Virus record (IMG/VR): IMGVR_UViG_3300012347_000193 | Location: 32,001 to 96,000 of that record | Length of the DNA stretch: 64,000 nucleotides | From: a virus | Direction: 5' to 3' (one strand) | In this document: piece after piece, positions 38,189 to 48,759 of the stretch | Numbering within the stretch: position 1 is the first letter of the stretch | Layout: every line of letters starts with the position of its first letter | Translations under genes and position numbers: made by a program | Notes under the pieces: generated by a model | Told to the model about the DNA's origin: nothing | Database searches by the model: none | Seen by the model: only the letters and a program-made list of their open reading frames with translations

Positions 38189-39116
38189 AGTACAGGACTT
38201 AGACTGCATCTATCTTAGCTATGATGAGCCACAAAAAGAAGAATTCTGGGTCAAGATTAAGAACATGGTACCCTGGGCCCGACGTGTCGACGGTGTTAAG
38301 GGCAGTGATGCGGCTCATAAAGCAGCCGCACAAGAATCTGATACTGAACGATTTATTCTAATCGACGGTGACAACATGCCCGACATGAAGTTCTTTGATT
38401 TGACATTTGACTTCACTGGCAAAGATGAATCATACAAGAATGCACAATACCGATGGAGAGCACGTAACGCTATCAACGGTTTGCAGTACGGCAACGGTGG
38501 TATGTCCAGCTGGACAAAAGACTATGTGATGAACATGAAGACACATGAGGCTAGTGATGGTAACAACACTACCACCGTTGACTTCTGCTTAGACTACGAC
38601 AACAGTTTATACTGGAGTATGCACGATTGCTATTCGACCACTTACCCTAATCAAAGTCCCTTTCAAGCATGGCGTGCAGGGTTTCGTGAAGGTGTAAAGA
38701 TGTGCTTAGTCGGTGGGTTGACCCCGAGTATAAATGAGTTCAAACGCTCAGTACCTGGACGTAACTTCGACAATCTTACTATCTGGCACAACGTAGGTGC
38801 AGACGTAGAGAACGGCATCTGGGCTATTTACGGGGCAAGACTTGGAACATACATGACAATGTTACATGACTTTAATCCACAGCATGTTCAATGGTTCGAT
38901 AATCTAGCTAAACTCTGGGAAGATTATAAGGACAGAGACCCTCATTATTCGTCAAAGTTCTTCGGTGAAGCGTTAAGTGATAAGCTAGACTTGCCAATGT
39001 GTACACTCTCAGCAGAGCAAAGTAAGTTCTTTAAACGTCACTGCGCAAAAGATAAACAAAATTTAGGTCCGTTAGTTAAAGAGATAGATATTATTAGAAA
39101 GTTAGAGGGCTGGTAA
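38169..39116 (+). CDS. Putative glycosyltransferase, GT-A-like
   Basis: LSYDEP...DGVKGSDAAHKAAA...FILIDGD (DxD), NAINGLQYGNGG and AWRAGFREGVKM motifs. Confidence 0.6.
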   Translation: MSTDIIEVQDLDCIYLSYDEPQKEEFWVKIKNMVPWARRVDGVKGSDAAHKAAAQESDTERFILIDGDNMPDMKFFDLTFDFTGKDESYKNAQYRWRARNAINGLQYGNGGMSSWTKDYVMNMKTHEASDGNNTTTVDFCLDYDNSLYWSMHDCYSTTYPNQSPFQAWRAGFREGVKMCLVGGLTPSINEFKRSVPGRNFDNLTIWHNVGADVENGIWAIYGARLGTYMTMLHDFNPQHVQWFDNLAKLWEDYKDRDPHYSSKFFGEALSDKLDLPMCTLSAEQSKFFKRHCAKDKQNLGPLVKEIDIIRKLEGW

Positions 39117-40498
39117 TGAACCACAATGAACGTGCTAAAAAAGTACAACAAGAGATAAATGATGTAAGCCCTAGCTTCTGTGTAGCTAAGTGGAAGCAAG
39201 TTACAATGCACTTGCAAAACGGACACACCCACTCGTGTCATCACCCGGGGACTCACTATGTCTCTGTGAATGAGATTAAACGCAACCCAACAGCATTGCA
39301 TAACAGTGAATTCAAAAAGACACTAAGAAAACAGATGCTTGAGGGTGTTAGACCAACTGAATGTGATTACTGCTGGCGAGTAGAAGATGCCGGTGAGATT
39401 TCCGACAGAACTTATAAAAGTTCAGACCCTTCATGGGCTTATGAACACATTCAAGATATCGCAACTAGACCATGGGATGACAACATCGATCCTAGCTATG
39501 TTGAAGTTAGCTTTAGTAATGTATGTAACTTTAAGTGCAGTTATTGCAGTCCTAATATCTCTAGTCAATGGATGGAAGAAATCGAGCGTCATGGTGCATA
39601 TCCAACATCGTCTAACTATAATGACTTGACATACTTACAGTCTAGAAATCAAATACCTATTCCGAATAGAGAAGAAAATCCCTACGTGGATGCTTTCTGG
39701 AACTGGTTCCCTGACATGTACAAGAGCTTGAAACACTTTAGAATTACTGGTGGCGAACCTCTATTGAGCAAAGATACCTTTAAGGTATTAGACTACATTA
39801 TCGCAAATCCTAACCCAGACTTAGAAGTTTCTATTAATACTAATATGAACCCGCCTAAGGAATTGTTTAACAGATTCTTAGAAAAGGTAAAGATTATTAT
39901 CAACGAAAAGAAAGTAAAACGATTTAAATTGTTCACTAGTGCAGAAGCACATGGGAAACAAGCAGAGTATATCCGTCATGGCATGAACTATAATGAGTGG
40001 TTAGAGAACATCCATCATGCTTATAAAGAAATTCCGACGCTGCAATTTACTATTATGAGCACTTACAATATTCTAAGTCTCACTACGTACATTCCTTTCT
40101 TGCAGGATATACTAGCTATCAAGAAACAATACGGTACTGCAACATATGACCCTGTACTGCTAGATATTCCATACTTGCGATACCCGAGCCATCAAAGCAT
40201 CTTTATCATGGAGCCATTACAATTAGAATTGATTAAGTCCCACTATGAATTTATGTGCAATAACACAGAAGGTGCGGAGAAAAATCGAGGATTCCATGAC
40301 TATGAGATTGAGAAACTAAAGCGCATATATAACACTGCTGTTAGTACACTGAATAACCAAGTTACTGACACTACACTTTATGCGAACCGCAAAGACTTTA
40401 CTATATTTGTAGATGAACATGACAAGCGCAGAGGGACTAACTTTTTAGAAACCTTCCCCGAATTAGAAGATTTTTATGAACTTAGTAAGGGAACTTAA
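39116..40498 (+). CDS. Radical SAM protein with an N-terminal Twitch/SPASM-like Cys cluster
   Basis: CNFKCSYC (CxxxCxxC) and GGEP motifs; N-terminal FC...SCHH...CDYCW. Confidence 0.9.
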   Translation: MNHNERAKKVQQEINDVSPSFCVAKWKQVTMHLQNGHTHSCHHPGTHYVSVNEIKRNPTALHNSEFKKTLRKQMLEGVRPTECDYCWRVEDAGEISDRTYKSSDPSWAYEHIQDIATRPWDDNIDPSYVEVSFSNVCNFKCSYCSPNISSQWMEEIERHGAYPTSSNYNDLTYLQSRNQIPIPNREENPYVDAFWNWFPDMYKSLKHFRITGGEPLLSKDTFKVLDYIIANPNPDLEVSINTNMNPPKELFNRFLEKVKIIINEKKVKRFKLFTSAEAHGKQAEYIRHGMNYNEWLENIHHAYKEIPTLQFTIMSTYNILSLTTYIPFLQDILAIKKQYGTATYDPVLLDIPYLRYPSHQSIFIMEPLQLELIKSHYEFMCNNTEGAEKNRGFHDYEIEKLKRIYNTAVSTLNNQVTDTTLYANRKDFTIFVDEHDKRRGTNFLETFPELEDFYELSKGT

Positions 40499-41941
40499 AT
40501 GACACAGCCTACAAAATATACTGTACCCTTTCTATATGATTATGTGTTCCCTAGTTACGTATTACCCAACGCACTGATTACAGAGATGGGTATCATTAAC
40601 TACATGCATACCCTACATTCGAATAAAATAGAAAAAAATAGAGATTTTTTCGACAAGGTTGAGGGTTTTAAAGACCAGACCCCGGTAGTAGCACTATTCG
40701 GGGATGCATTTGGATCTTGGCCTAATAGCCTCTCAAGTTCTAATCTGTATAGCCCTTGTTATTCAAACCATTTGGATGCAAAGATTGAATCTGTCTTTCT
40801 TGGTAAACCAAAAGGTGAAAACTCTCAGTTTAAACGTTATGTCTACTTAATACGAATAACTCCGCATTTAGATATGTTTACGGGAGTAGCACCTATCGGA
40901 AGTAAGATGAACGGTGAGTATTTCTGGAAGCACATGTCAGCCGAAGCATTACGTGACGCCCAACAAGGTACTGCTGTTATCTTATTAGACTATGGGCAAG
41001 AAAACTTTGTTGAGAGAGAAACGTATGTTAACTTACATAGAGGATTAGAAAATTCAGGAATACATAGTTCTAATATTATTTTAGCAATTAACAGTTTCAA
41101 CGCAAAAGAAGTATACGAGTCTTGGTTTACACCCGAAGAACGTCAAATCGAAGTTTTTAATTGGCCCTTTGTTATCGTAAATTCAATCGAAGAATTTTTC
41201 AAGAACCCTAGCATCCGTGTTAGTCTTCAAGATTTCCAAGCATCACGTAACACCCTGCGAGACAACCATTATTTATTGAAGATTCGCAGAGCAAGGGTCC
41301 ATCGTCAGGCACTGTTATTTAAGTTAGCCTCGGAAGATTTATTGCAATACGCAGACTGGTCGTGTTTGTCCCCGATAGAATTGAATCAATACGAGTTATT
41401 AGGTTTAACCCAGCGTTACAGATTCGAATTCAATGAATCAAAGATTAACGAATTATTGACACAGATACCTAAAACATTAAATCACGAAAGTGTATTAGAT
41501 TATACACAGATTAGTGCATGGACAGATACTAACCCTGACGCACATATTTCATCCTACTTCTACGTGTGTACAGAAACATATACTCACGGTGAGCATAAGT
41601 CTTTAACTGAAAAGGTCTTTAAGCCTATTGCTAACTTTCAACCATTCTTGTTCATGGCTTATCCCGGAGCACTCAAACTATTAAAGTCTTTGGGTTTTAA
41701 GACCTTTAGCCCGTTTATTGACGAAACATATGATGACGAACCGGACGAAGGTAAACGTTTGGGTATGATTTACCAAGAGATAGCTAGATTATCTACTATG
41801 AGCAAGGAAGAAATTCATAATTGGTATTGGTCAATGGAAGAAATTCTAATACATAATCAACGTCATTTATTAAGTCTCAGAGATGATGAGGGTCTTACTA
41901 CCGGATTGATAAAATATCTACACACGAGGGTAACTCAATAA
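40499..41941 (+). CDS. Putative glycosyltransferase (GT-B-like C-terminal domain), paralog 1
   Basis: C-terminal TET...TEKVFKPI..FQPF...G.L..LKSLGFKTF..FIDETYD. Confidence 0.5.
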   Translation: MTQPTKYTVPFLYDYVFPSYVLPNALITEMGIINYMHTLHSNKIEKNRDFFDKVEGFKDQTPVVALFGDAFGSWPNSLSSSNLYSPCYSNHLDAKIESVFLGKPKGENSQFKRYVYLIRITPHLDMFTGVAPIGSKMNGEYFWKHMSAEALRDAQQGTAVILLDYGQENFVERETYVNLHRGLENSGIHSSNIILAINSFNAKEVYESWFTPEERQIEVFNWPFVIVNSIEEFFKNPSIRVSLQDFQASRNTLRDNHYLLKIRRARVHRQALLFKLASEDLLQYADWSCLSPIELNQYELLGLTQRYRFEFNESKINELLTQIPKTLNHESVLDYTQISAWTDTNPDAHISSYFYVCTETYTHGEHKSLTEKVFKPIANFQPFLFMAYPGALKLLKSLGFKTFSPFIDETYDDEPDEGKRLGMIYQEIARLSTMSKEEIHNWYWSMEEILIHNQRHLLSLRDDEGLTTGLIKYLHTRVTQ

Positions 41942-41951
41942 ATATTTTGCT

Positions 41952-42497
41952 ATGAATTACAAAAACAACAGTTGGGACCATTTCGCTGTATCATACTTGA
42001 ACACATTTGGCACTGACGTTCCGGTATATTCCCCCTCAGTATACCGTGAATATCGCGGGGAAATCTTCACAACATATCACTCAACCCAGCACCCTGTAAG
42101 CAAGTTATTGCCCAATCAAGTTAACGTTCACGGAAGATTCTCAAAGTCATATAAGAATGTGCTCAGAGGACTACATTATGACAACAAGACTTGGAAACTA
42201 GTTCAAGCATTAGTAGGGGACATTTACTTAGTTGTATTAGATGTTAGAGAAGACAGTGCGACTTTCGGTAAATGGGAATCATATATCATCAGTGAAAAGA
42301 CAAGAGACCAAGTATTAATCCCACCGGGGTTTGCTAACGGGCATTATGCTCTTACAGACTGTATCTTTCACTATAACTTATTCTACGAGGGCGACTACGT
42401 AGACGAGAATCAGCAGGGCGTTATTAAATGGAACGACACACGATTCAATATCGAATGGCCTACAGATAAACCAACATTACAAAGACGAGACAGATGA
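41952..42497 (+). CDS. rmlC: dTDP-4-dehydrorhamnose 3,5-epimerase family
   Basis: RG.IF, NVLRGLHY, KLVQ...G.I..V.LDVR..S.TFGKW and IPPGFANG motifs. ATAAATA at 41938-41944 upstream. Confidence 0.9.
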   Translation: MNYKNNSWDHFAVSYLNTFGTDVPVYSPSVYREYRGEIFTTYHSTQHPVSKLLPNQVNVHGRFSKSYKNVLRGLHYDNKTWKLVQALVGDIYLVVLDVREDSATFGKWESYIISEKTRDQVLIPPGFANGHYALTDCIFHYNLFYEGDYVDENQQGVIKWNDTRFNIEWPTDKPTLQRRDR

Positions 42498-43120
42498 CTA
42501 ACTTAGAACAATACCCTATCGTGCGTGAAGCACAATATACCAAAGATGACTTGATTAATTTTGAGAATTTAATCGTAAGTCACTGGGAAAATGCTAAAAT
42601 TAGAGGCCCAGTACATCTATCTAGTAACAATGAAGAACAACTAATTGAGATATTCAAAAGAATTAAAACAACTGATTGGGTTTTTAGTACTTGGCGTAAT
42701 CATTATCATGCTATGTTAAAAGGTATCGATCCTTCATATATTGAGAACGAGATATTAAAAGGTAAATCAATCAGTGTGTGTAATATTGACGAGAAGTTTT
42801 ATAGTTCCGCAATCGTTGGCGGCACACTCTCTATTGCATTAGGAGTAGCACAATCTATTAAATCTAAGGGTGGTACGGACAAAGTCTGGTGCTTCATCGG
42901 GGACATGAGTTTTGAATCAGGTCTTTTCTATGAAGTACACAAATACGCACGTAACTTTGATTTGCCATTGTACTTTATTGTAGAAGACAATGATGTTTCT
43001 ACGTACACACCCACTGTCGTTACTTGGGCAAAGAAACGTGAAATCCCTTCAGATGTGATTCATTATAACTACACAAGCAAATACCCTCACTACGGTACAG
43101 GTAAATGGATAATGTTTTGA
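42494..43120 (+). CDS. TPP-dependent enzyme, E1-alpha-like (PP-binding) subunit
   Basis: GPVHLS, STWRNH, SAIVGG and the GDMS...EDN TPP-binding motif. Confidence 0.85.
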   Translation: MTNLEQYPIVREAQYTKDDLINFENLIVSHWENAKIRGPVHLSSNNEEQLIEIFKRIKTTDWVFSTWRNHYHAMLKGIDPSYIENEILKGKSISVCNIDEKFYSSAIVGGTLSIALGVAQSIKSKGGTDKVWCFIGDMSFESGLFYEVHKYARNFDLPLYFIVEDNDVSTYTPTVVTWAKKREIPSDVIHYNYTSKYPHYGTGKWIMF

Positions 43121-44493
43121 AGTTAGTATATGATAACTGGATGCTTAATGGATTCCCGTTACCCAACGGTCGTCATCCTATTGTCAATCAACTAATTATT
43201 AGAGATAGTAGTGAAGCATGGCATATAGCACAAACTAACGTACAACAAACAATTTCAGGTAATATTTACGCCTTTGACCACTCTAACTTTTGGACAAACG
43301 CTAAGAAACACCTATCAAGAGAAGATATTGTCAATCCTGCACAAGTAGAAGACAGTTCTTGTGTGTATATCTGGCCTATTGAGATTGTAACAACTATTAA
43401 CTCAGTATATGAACCAATTGAGATGACAGTTGACGGGAACACTATTACTTACACAATAGTTGATACAATGAGCCCGGAACTTCTCAAGCTAGTACAACAG
43501 GGCAAAGTCAAGATAATGATTAACTTGGCACATGATCCTTTAGATGATGGGTTCCACTTAATTAAAATTGAGACATATTTTAATCAGTATGGAATAAAAG
43601 GCAGTGACATTATATTTGTTCCTGGTAACGACCTACGCGGTGAACGAAACAAGTACTTCCCTGAATGCACAATAAACATTGTACCATCAGTGATGATGAT
43701 TACTAGACAGTTCGCAGCAATATCACAGGATTATCCCTCAGTAACCAGTCTGGGATATGTTTCAGATATCATGCGAGAAGAGGATTTAGATAGAAATCGA
43801 ATAAGACCTAAGGTCTTTTTATGCTTCAATCGTAGTATGCGCCCACATAGATATCTAATGGCTTACTATGCGTTGAAACTAGGCTTGCTACCTGATAGCA
43901 TTTTCAGCTTTTTGAACCGTCATGGACAACGTGTTGGCGATATTAAGCAAATGATTGAACGATACCATCCAGATGAAACTGATAGCAACATGTATGCACA
44001 GACTATCCATGACATGATTCCATATGAGTTAGATACCCAACATTTAACTCAGGATGAGCGTCAGGGCTTTAGTATTGCAAACAACCGCAAAGACTTGTAC
44101 AATGACACTTACGTTCATATCACTATGGAAACTAGATTCATTTACGGTGAGACCCCGTTCATAAGTGAGAAAACATGGCGCCCCATTATTAATCTACAAC
44201 CCTTCATATTCGTAGGGAACGTTCACTCACTGAAACTATTACAAGAACTTGGATTTAAGACGTTTGCACCCTTCATTGACGAATCATACGATGATGAAAT
44301 GAACCCCGTGATTAGGTTCAATATGATTTATAAAGAGATAGAAAAGATTAAAAATCTACCAATAGAAGAACTACATAATTGGTACTATTCAATTACTGAT
44401 ATTCTTCTACATAACCAGAAACATATAGACACATTTGCATCAACTAATCCGTTTTTAGAAGTATTTGAAGAAATTAAGAAAGTATACACATGA
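43105..44493 (+). CDS. Putative glycosyltransferase (GT-B-like C-terminal domain), paralog 2
   Basis: FLCFNR..RPHR and MET...ISEKTWRPI..LQPF...LGFKTF..FIDESYD; paralog of 40499-41941. Confidence 0.5.
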   Translation: MDNVLKLVYDNWMLNGFPLPNGRHPIVNQLIIRDSSEAWHIAQTNVQQTISGNIYAFDHSNFWTNAKKHLSREDIVNPAQVEDSSCVYIWPIEIVTTINSVYEPIEMTVDGNTITYTIVDTMSPELLKLVQQGKVKIMINLAHDPLDDGFHLIKIETYFNQYGIKGSDIIFVPGNDLRGERNKYFPECTINIVPSVMMITRQFAAISQDYPSVTSLGYVSDIMREEDLDRNRIRPKVFLCFNRSMRPHRYLMAYYALKLGLLPDSIFSFLNRHGQRVGDIKQMIERYHPDETDSNMYAQTIHDMIPYELDTQHLTQDERQGFSIANNRKDLYNDTYVHITMETRFIYGETPFISEKTWRPIINLQPFIFVGNVHSLKLLQELGFKTFAPFIDESYDDEMNPVIRFNMIYKEIEKIKNLPIEELHNWYYSITDILLHNQKHIDTFASTNPFLEVFEEIKKVYT

Positions 44494-45428
44494 TTAAAGT
44501 ATTAATTACCGGGGGAGCAGGATATCTTGGCTCTACACTAGCAGAACATTTATTGAATAAGGGTTATTATGTCACAGTACTTGATAACCTAATGTTTAAA
44601 CAACTGTCAGTATTACACCTATTCAAATACAACTGTTTTAAGTTTATTCAGGGTGATGTTAGAGATACTGAGAAGTTATTAGAGATAGTAACAGAGCATG
44701 ACGTTATCATTCCCCTAGCTGCCATTGTGGGTATGCCTGCTTGTAAGGCTAATCCAGAACTAGCGGTAGATGTTAACTTTAAACACATTGATAACATTGT
44801 TAAAGTATTACGCAAAAATCAAAAAATAATACTACCCAATACTAACAGTCAGTACGGGTCATCGGACAAAGTTATCACAGAAGAATCACCCTTCAAGCCA
44901 TTGTCACTGTATGCACAAACTAAGTGTGACGCAGAAGATAGCGTATTAAAGAATGGGAACGGGGTAGTTTTACGATTGGCAACAGTGTTCGGGGTCAGCC
45001 CACGAATGCGTCAGGACTTATTGGTCAATGACTTTGTGTATAAATCGGTCACTGATGGGTATCTAGTTTTATTTGAGGCACACTTCAAACGCAACTATAT
45101 ACATGTACGAGACATTGCCCGCACCTTTGAATTTATGATAGAGAACTATGATAAGTGCAAAGGACAAGCATTTAACGTAGGGCTATCAACTGCTAACTTG
45201 AGCAAACTTGAGTTAGCATTAAAGATTAAGGAATTTGTTCCAAACTTAGTTATTAAGCAAGACGAGTTTAAAGAAGACTTTGACAAACGAAACTACATCG
45301 TTTCCAATGAGAAACTTGAGAGTTTGGGTTGGAGACCTTACTATAGCTTAGACTATGGAATTAAGCAATTGATTGACGCTTATCCTTTAATCATAACACA
45401 CAACAATAGAAATTTCACAAACTTATGA
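44490..45428 (+). CDS. NAD-dependent nucleotide-sugar epimerase/dehydratase (extended SDR)
   Basis: TGGAGYLG, YAQTK (YxxxK), RLATVFG and RNYIHVRD motifs. Confidence 0.92.
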   Translation: MIKVLITGGAGYLGSTLAEHLLNKGYYVTVLDNLMFKQLSVLHLFKYNCFKFIQGDVRDTEKLLEIVTEHDVIIPLAAIVGMPACKANPELAVDVNFKHIDNIVKVLRKNQKIILPNTNSQYGSSDKVITEESPFKPLSLYAQTKCDAEDSVLKNGNGVVLRLATVFGVSPRMRQDLLVNDFVYKSVTDGYLVLFEAHFKRNYIHVRDIARTFEFMIENYDKCKGQAFNVGLSTANLSKLELALKIKEFVPNLVIKQDEFKEDFDKRNYIVSNEKLESLGWRPYYSLDYGIKQLIDAYPLIITHNNRNFTNL

Positions 45429-45868
45429 CACAACGCAGATATATCCAAACACTATCAGAATTAATTGACCGTCTATCAATCGTTCAATTAAAAGAAGTCT
45501 TTATTGTCGAGCATAAAAAAGAATACGCACAAGAAATTAGTGATATTGTACATGATATTCAGTTAATCCTTGACGAGAATGATGGTAAAGTAACAGCAGA
45601 AACTATTCGTGCTATCATTGTTGTATCACAGATGAATCTACATATCTGGCACAATGAATCAAACTACCGTCGTGGAATCAAAGACGGAAACAATCTTGAA
45701 TTAACTCACGGATTGAACGGTATTCGTAACACTAGTAAGAACATTATCCAAGAGTGTGTCGGTGGACGCAAAGACTATAAAGTAGATTGCTTGGCGGCAG
45801 ACTTTAATGGTTGGGAAGTCTCTTGGGGTCGTGACGTTACAGAAGATAATAAGCCATCAGTACCATGA
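45425..45868 (+). CDS. Helical protein with a DRLSI..LK motif (DUF4254-like)
   Basis: LSELIDRLSIVQLKE and N..IWHNE...R motifs. Confidence 0.5.
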   Translation: MTQRRYIQTLSELIDRLSIVQLKEVFIVEHKKEYAQEISDIVHDIQLILDENDGKVTAETIRAIIVVSQMNLHIWHNESNYRRGIKDGNNLELTHGLNGIRNTSKNIIQECVGGRKDYKVDCLAADFNGWEVSWGRDVTEDNKPSVP

Positions 45869-46401
45869 GTCAACCACAACTTTCCCCATATAAAGACGCA
45901 TTAACAGATGCAATGACTAAACTAGCACAAGATGACAATGTTGTGTTTGTGGGTCAGCAGATTGTATATGCGGGTAACCCAATGAGTACTACACTTACCA
46001 ACGTTCCTAAGGACAAAATGATTGAACTTCCTGTATTAGAAGAAGTACAGATGGGCATGACTTTGGGGTTAGCAATGGAAGGCAAGACTGTAGTATCATT
46101 CTACCCACGTTGGGACTTTATTGTTTCAGCTACTAATCAACTGGTCAATCACGTTGACAAGTACGAGATTATGACGGGCAAACGCGCCAATATCTTAGTA
46201 CGATTGGGTAAGGGCTCAGATAACCCACTAGACCCGGGACCTCAGCACAAGAACAATTACTTCACTGAGTTTAGTTCTATGTGTCCTAATATTACCTTCC
46301 ATGACATGCACAAACCCGCAGATATCGCCAAGGCTTACGAAGAAGCTAGTAAAGGTGGTGTGCATGTGTTAGTAGAATATCCTGAATTATATTACGTTTA
46401 A
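45865..46401 (+). CDS. TPP-dependent enzyme, E1-beta / transketolase pyrimidine-binding subunit (lacks the C-terminal domain)
   Basis: ELPVLE..QMG..LGLA..G, NQLVN and GPQH motifs. Confidence 0.85.
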   Translation: MSQPQLSPYKDALTDAMTKLAQDDNVVFVGQQIVYAGNPMSTTLTNVPKDKMIELPVLEEVQMGMTLGLAMEGKTVVSFYPRWDFIVSATNQLVNHVDKYEIMTGKRANILVRLGKGSDNPLDPGPQHKNNYFTEFSSMCPNITFHDMHKPADIAKAYEEASKGGVHVLVEYPELYYV

Positions 46402-47178
46402 ATGGACGATTTTAAAAAATATAAAAGATTCTTTGCATTCGGGTGTAGCTTCACAAACTATCATTGGCCAACATGGGCTGATATTATCGGTGCAGAGATT
46501 CCTGAATATTATAACTACGGAAACCCCGGTTCTGGTAACACATACATATTTTCAAGTATAGTAGAAGCAAACATTAGACACAAGTTTACTAAAGATGATT
46601 TGATTATTGTAATGTGGTCTAGCTTAGACCGTGAAGATAGATATATTGACGATTGCTGGCAAGCAAAGGGCAGTGTGTTCCGTTCACTTGACAACTTCTA
46701 CGACAAAGATTTTGTTATGAAATATGTAGATTCTAGGGGTTTCTTTATCAGAGATGCCACTATGATTTCAGCTACATGTGAGATGTTAAAAGAAATAGAC
46801 TACCATTTTCTAAGCATGGTTCCAATTAATAACGCAGAGTTCAAGGAGAAAGAAAAGACGGAAGATTATCTACAAGTCTTTTTTGAAGAAGGCTTGACTC
46901 AAGTTAAACCCAGCGTTTGGGAAACTGTTTATAACTGTGACTGGACGCAACATAGTATTGTGAAATATTTGGATAAAAAGGGTAAGGAACAGAATGATTT
47001 GCACCCTACTCCCATGCTGCACTTATTATATCTGCAACGCACATTTCCTAAAATTAATATAAAGTCAGAGACTGTAGAGTACTTAGAGGAACAAGAAAAA
47101 ATAATATATTCTGAGAAGTACTTTGACCGCACTAAGTACTCTTTCACTAATACAAGAAAAAAGCACAACAGAATATGA
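46402..47178 (+). CDS. SGNH/GDSL-like hydrolase or acyltransferase
   Basis: FAFGCSFT (block I), G.GN (block II) and DLHP (DxH). Confidence 0.6.
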   Translation: MDDFKKYKRFFAFGCSFTNYHWPTWADIIGAEIPEYYNYGNPGSGNTYIFSSIVEANIRHKFTKDDLIIVMWSSLDREDRYIDDCWQAKGSVFRSLDNFYDKDFVMKYVDSRGFFIRDATMISATCEMLKEIDYHFLSMVPINNAEFKEKEKTEDYLQVFFEEGLTQVKPSVWETVYNCDWTQHSIVKYLDKKGKEQNDLHPTPMLHLLYLQRTFPKINIKSETVEYLEEQEKIIYSEKYFDRTKYSFTNTRKKHNRI

Positions 47179-47276
47179 TTGATTTTATTAAAAAGTTAAT
47201 TGACCGTATTAAACGAGAATACAAGTATCGCAAACGGTTAAAAGAAATGAAAAAACGAGACCCGTTTATCTACTGA
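47175..47276 (+). CDS. Small basic peptide (33 aa) ending RDPFIY
   Basis: Not in the ORF track. MIDFIKKLIDRIKREYKYRKRLKEMKKRDPFIY*; ATGA overlap upstream, ends 1 nt before the carbamoyltransferase start. Confidence 0.7.
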   Translation: MIDFIKKLIDRIKREYKYRKRLKEMKKRDPFIY

Positions 47277-47277
47277 T

Positions 47278-48759
47278 ATGAATTATGTGGGAATTAGCTG
47301 CGGGTTCCACGATGCCGCCGTTACAGTTATAAATGATTTGGGTACAGTTAAGTTCTCGGGGCACAGTGAACGATACAGTAAGATTAAGCACGACAAAGAC
47401 CTATGCGTTGATTTAATTAACGATGCAATGAGTTATGTGTACGGACAACACGAACTACACTATTACGAAAAGCCTTTATTAAAGTATCTTAGACAAGTAC
47501 GTGCAGGAGAGAATCCTAAATTAAGTAATCTATCAGTCAACAATATTATTGGTTCAACGAATGTAGAACTCTTGGGTGATAAGAAGATTCACACACATAG
47601 TCATCATTTAAGTCATGCGGCAGCAGGATTTCAAACAAGTCCCTTTGATGATGCAACCGTTGTAGTTATTGACGCTATTGGCGAGTTTGAGACTATTACT
47701 ATATGGGACGCAGTATATGTGAATGGTGTAGCACAATATAAAAAGTTATGGAAACAAACATACCCGGACAGTATTGGGTTATTGTATAGTGCTATGACTA
47801 AACGGGTAGGACTAAAGCCACTAGACGAAGAATACATTCTTATGGGCATGGCTGCATATGGTGAGCCCAAACACTATACTAGTTTACATTTAGATATGCT
47901 AGAATCTACTAGCGAAATAGAGTTTAAGCAGAATCTGCATGTTGGAGTGTCAGAAGATTATCTATTAAATGCTGATAACATGGATATTGCAGCCAGTACG
48001 CAATTACTTACTGAGCATTTAATTAAGAATGTAATGCGTAAAGCAAGAATGCTAGGCAGCAGTAAAAATCTTGTATATGGTGGCGGTGTAGCATTAAACT
48101 GTTTAGCTAATAGATTATTAGGGGAATACTTTGAACAAATATGGATTATGCCTAATCCCGGTGATGCTGGTAGTAGCCTTGGTGCTGCCGCTTTGGGTTA
48201 TGGGGGTAGAATTAACTTCAACAGTAGTTATTTGGGGCATCTTATTCCTGGCAGTTATCCTGTTAATGATATACTTGATGAGTTACTTACTAAGTCTATT
48301 GTGGGAGTGGCAAGCGGACGTGCCGAATGTGGCCCTCGTGCCTTGGGGAACCGTAGTCTCTTGGGCGATCCAAGAGGGATACATATTAAGGAAAAAGTAA
48401 ATGCAATTAAAAGACGACAACAATTCAGACCCTTTGCGCCAGTTATTCTGGAAGAATTGGTGCATGAGTATTTTATTATGCCTGATAATTGGGATAGTAG
48501 TCGGTATATGCAAGTCATCGCTACTTGCAGGTATCCTGAGTTATTTCCTGCTATCGTTCATCACGACGGCACTAGTCGTGTCCAGACTGTGCCTAAAGAC
48601 GGCTCAGGAATCAGAGAGCTCCTTGAAAAGTGGTACATAATGACTGAATGTCCTATGTTACTTAATACAAGTCTAAACATTCGCGGAGAGCCAATGGTTA
48701 ACGATAGAAGTGATGCAGATAGATTTGAAGAATTATATAACGTAAAGGTTTGTACATGA
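47278..48759 (+). CDS. O-carbamoyltransferase, NodU/CmcH/TobZ family
   Basis: FHDAA, HHLSHA, DAIGE, MGMAAYG, GGVALNC, GPRALGNRS, FRPFAP, DGTSRVQTV and LLNTSLN motifs. Confidence 0.95.
   Translation: MNYVGISCGFHDAAVTVINDLGTVKFSGHSERYSKIKHDKDLCVDLINDAMSYVYGQHELHYYEKPLLKYLRQVRAGENPKLSNLSVNNIIGSTNVELLGDKKIHTHSHHLSHAAAGFQTSPFDDATVVVIDAIGEFETITIWDAVYVNGVAQYKKLWKQTYPDSIGLLYSAMTKRVGLKPLDEEYILMGMAAYGEPKHYTSLHLDMLESTSEIEFKQNLHVGVSEDYLLNADNMDIAASTQLLTEHLIKNVMRKARMLGSSKNLVYGGGVALNCLANRLLGEYFEQIWIMPNPGDAGSSLGAAALGYGGRINFNSSYLGHLIPGSYPVNDILDELLTKSIVGVASGRAECGPRALGNRSLLGDPRGIHIKEKVNAIKRRQQFRPFAPVILEELVHEYFIMPDNWDSSRYMQVIATCRYPELFPAIVHHDGTSRVQTVPKDGSGIRELLEKWYIMTECPMLLNTSLNIRGEPMVNDRSDADRFEELYNVKVCT

Noticed and set aside
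42494-46401. Pyruvate dehydrogenase auxiliary metabolic genes
   Set aside because: The subunits are truncated, there is no E2/E3 in the window, and they are embedded among nucleotide-sugar genes.
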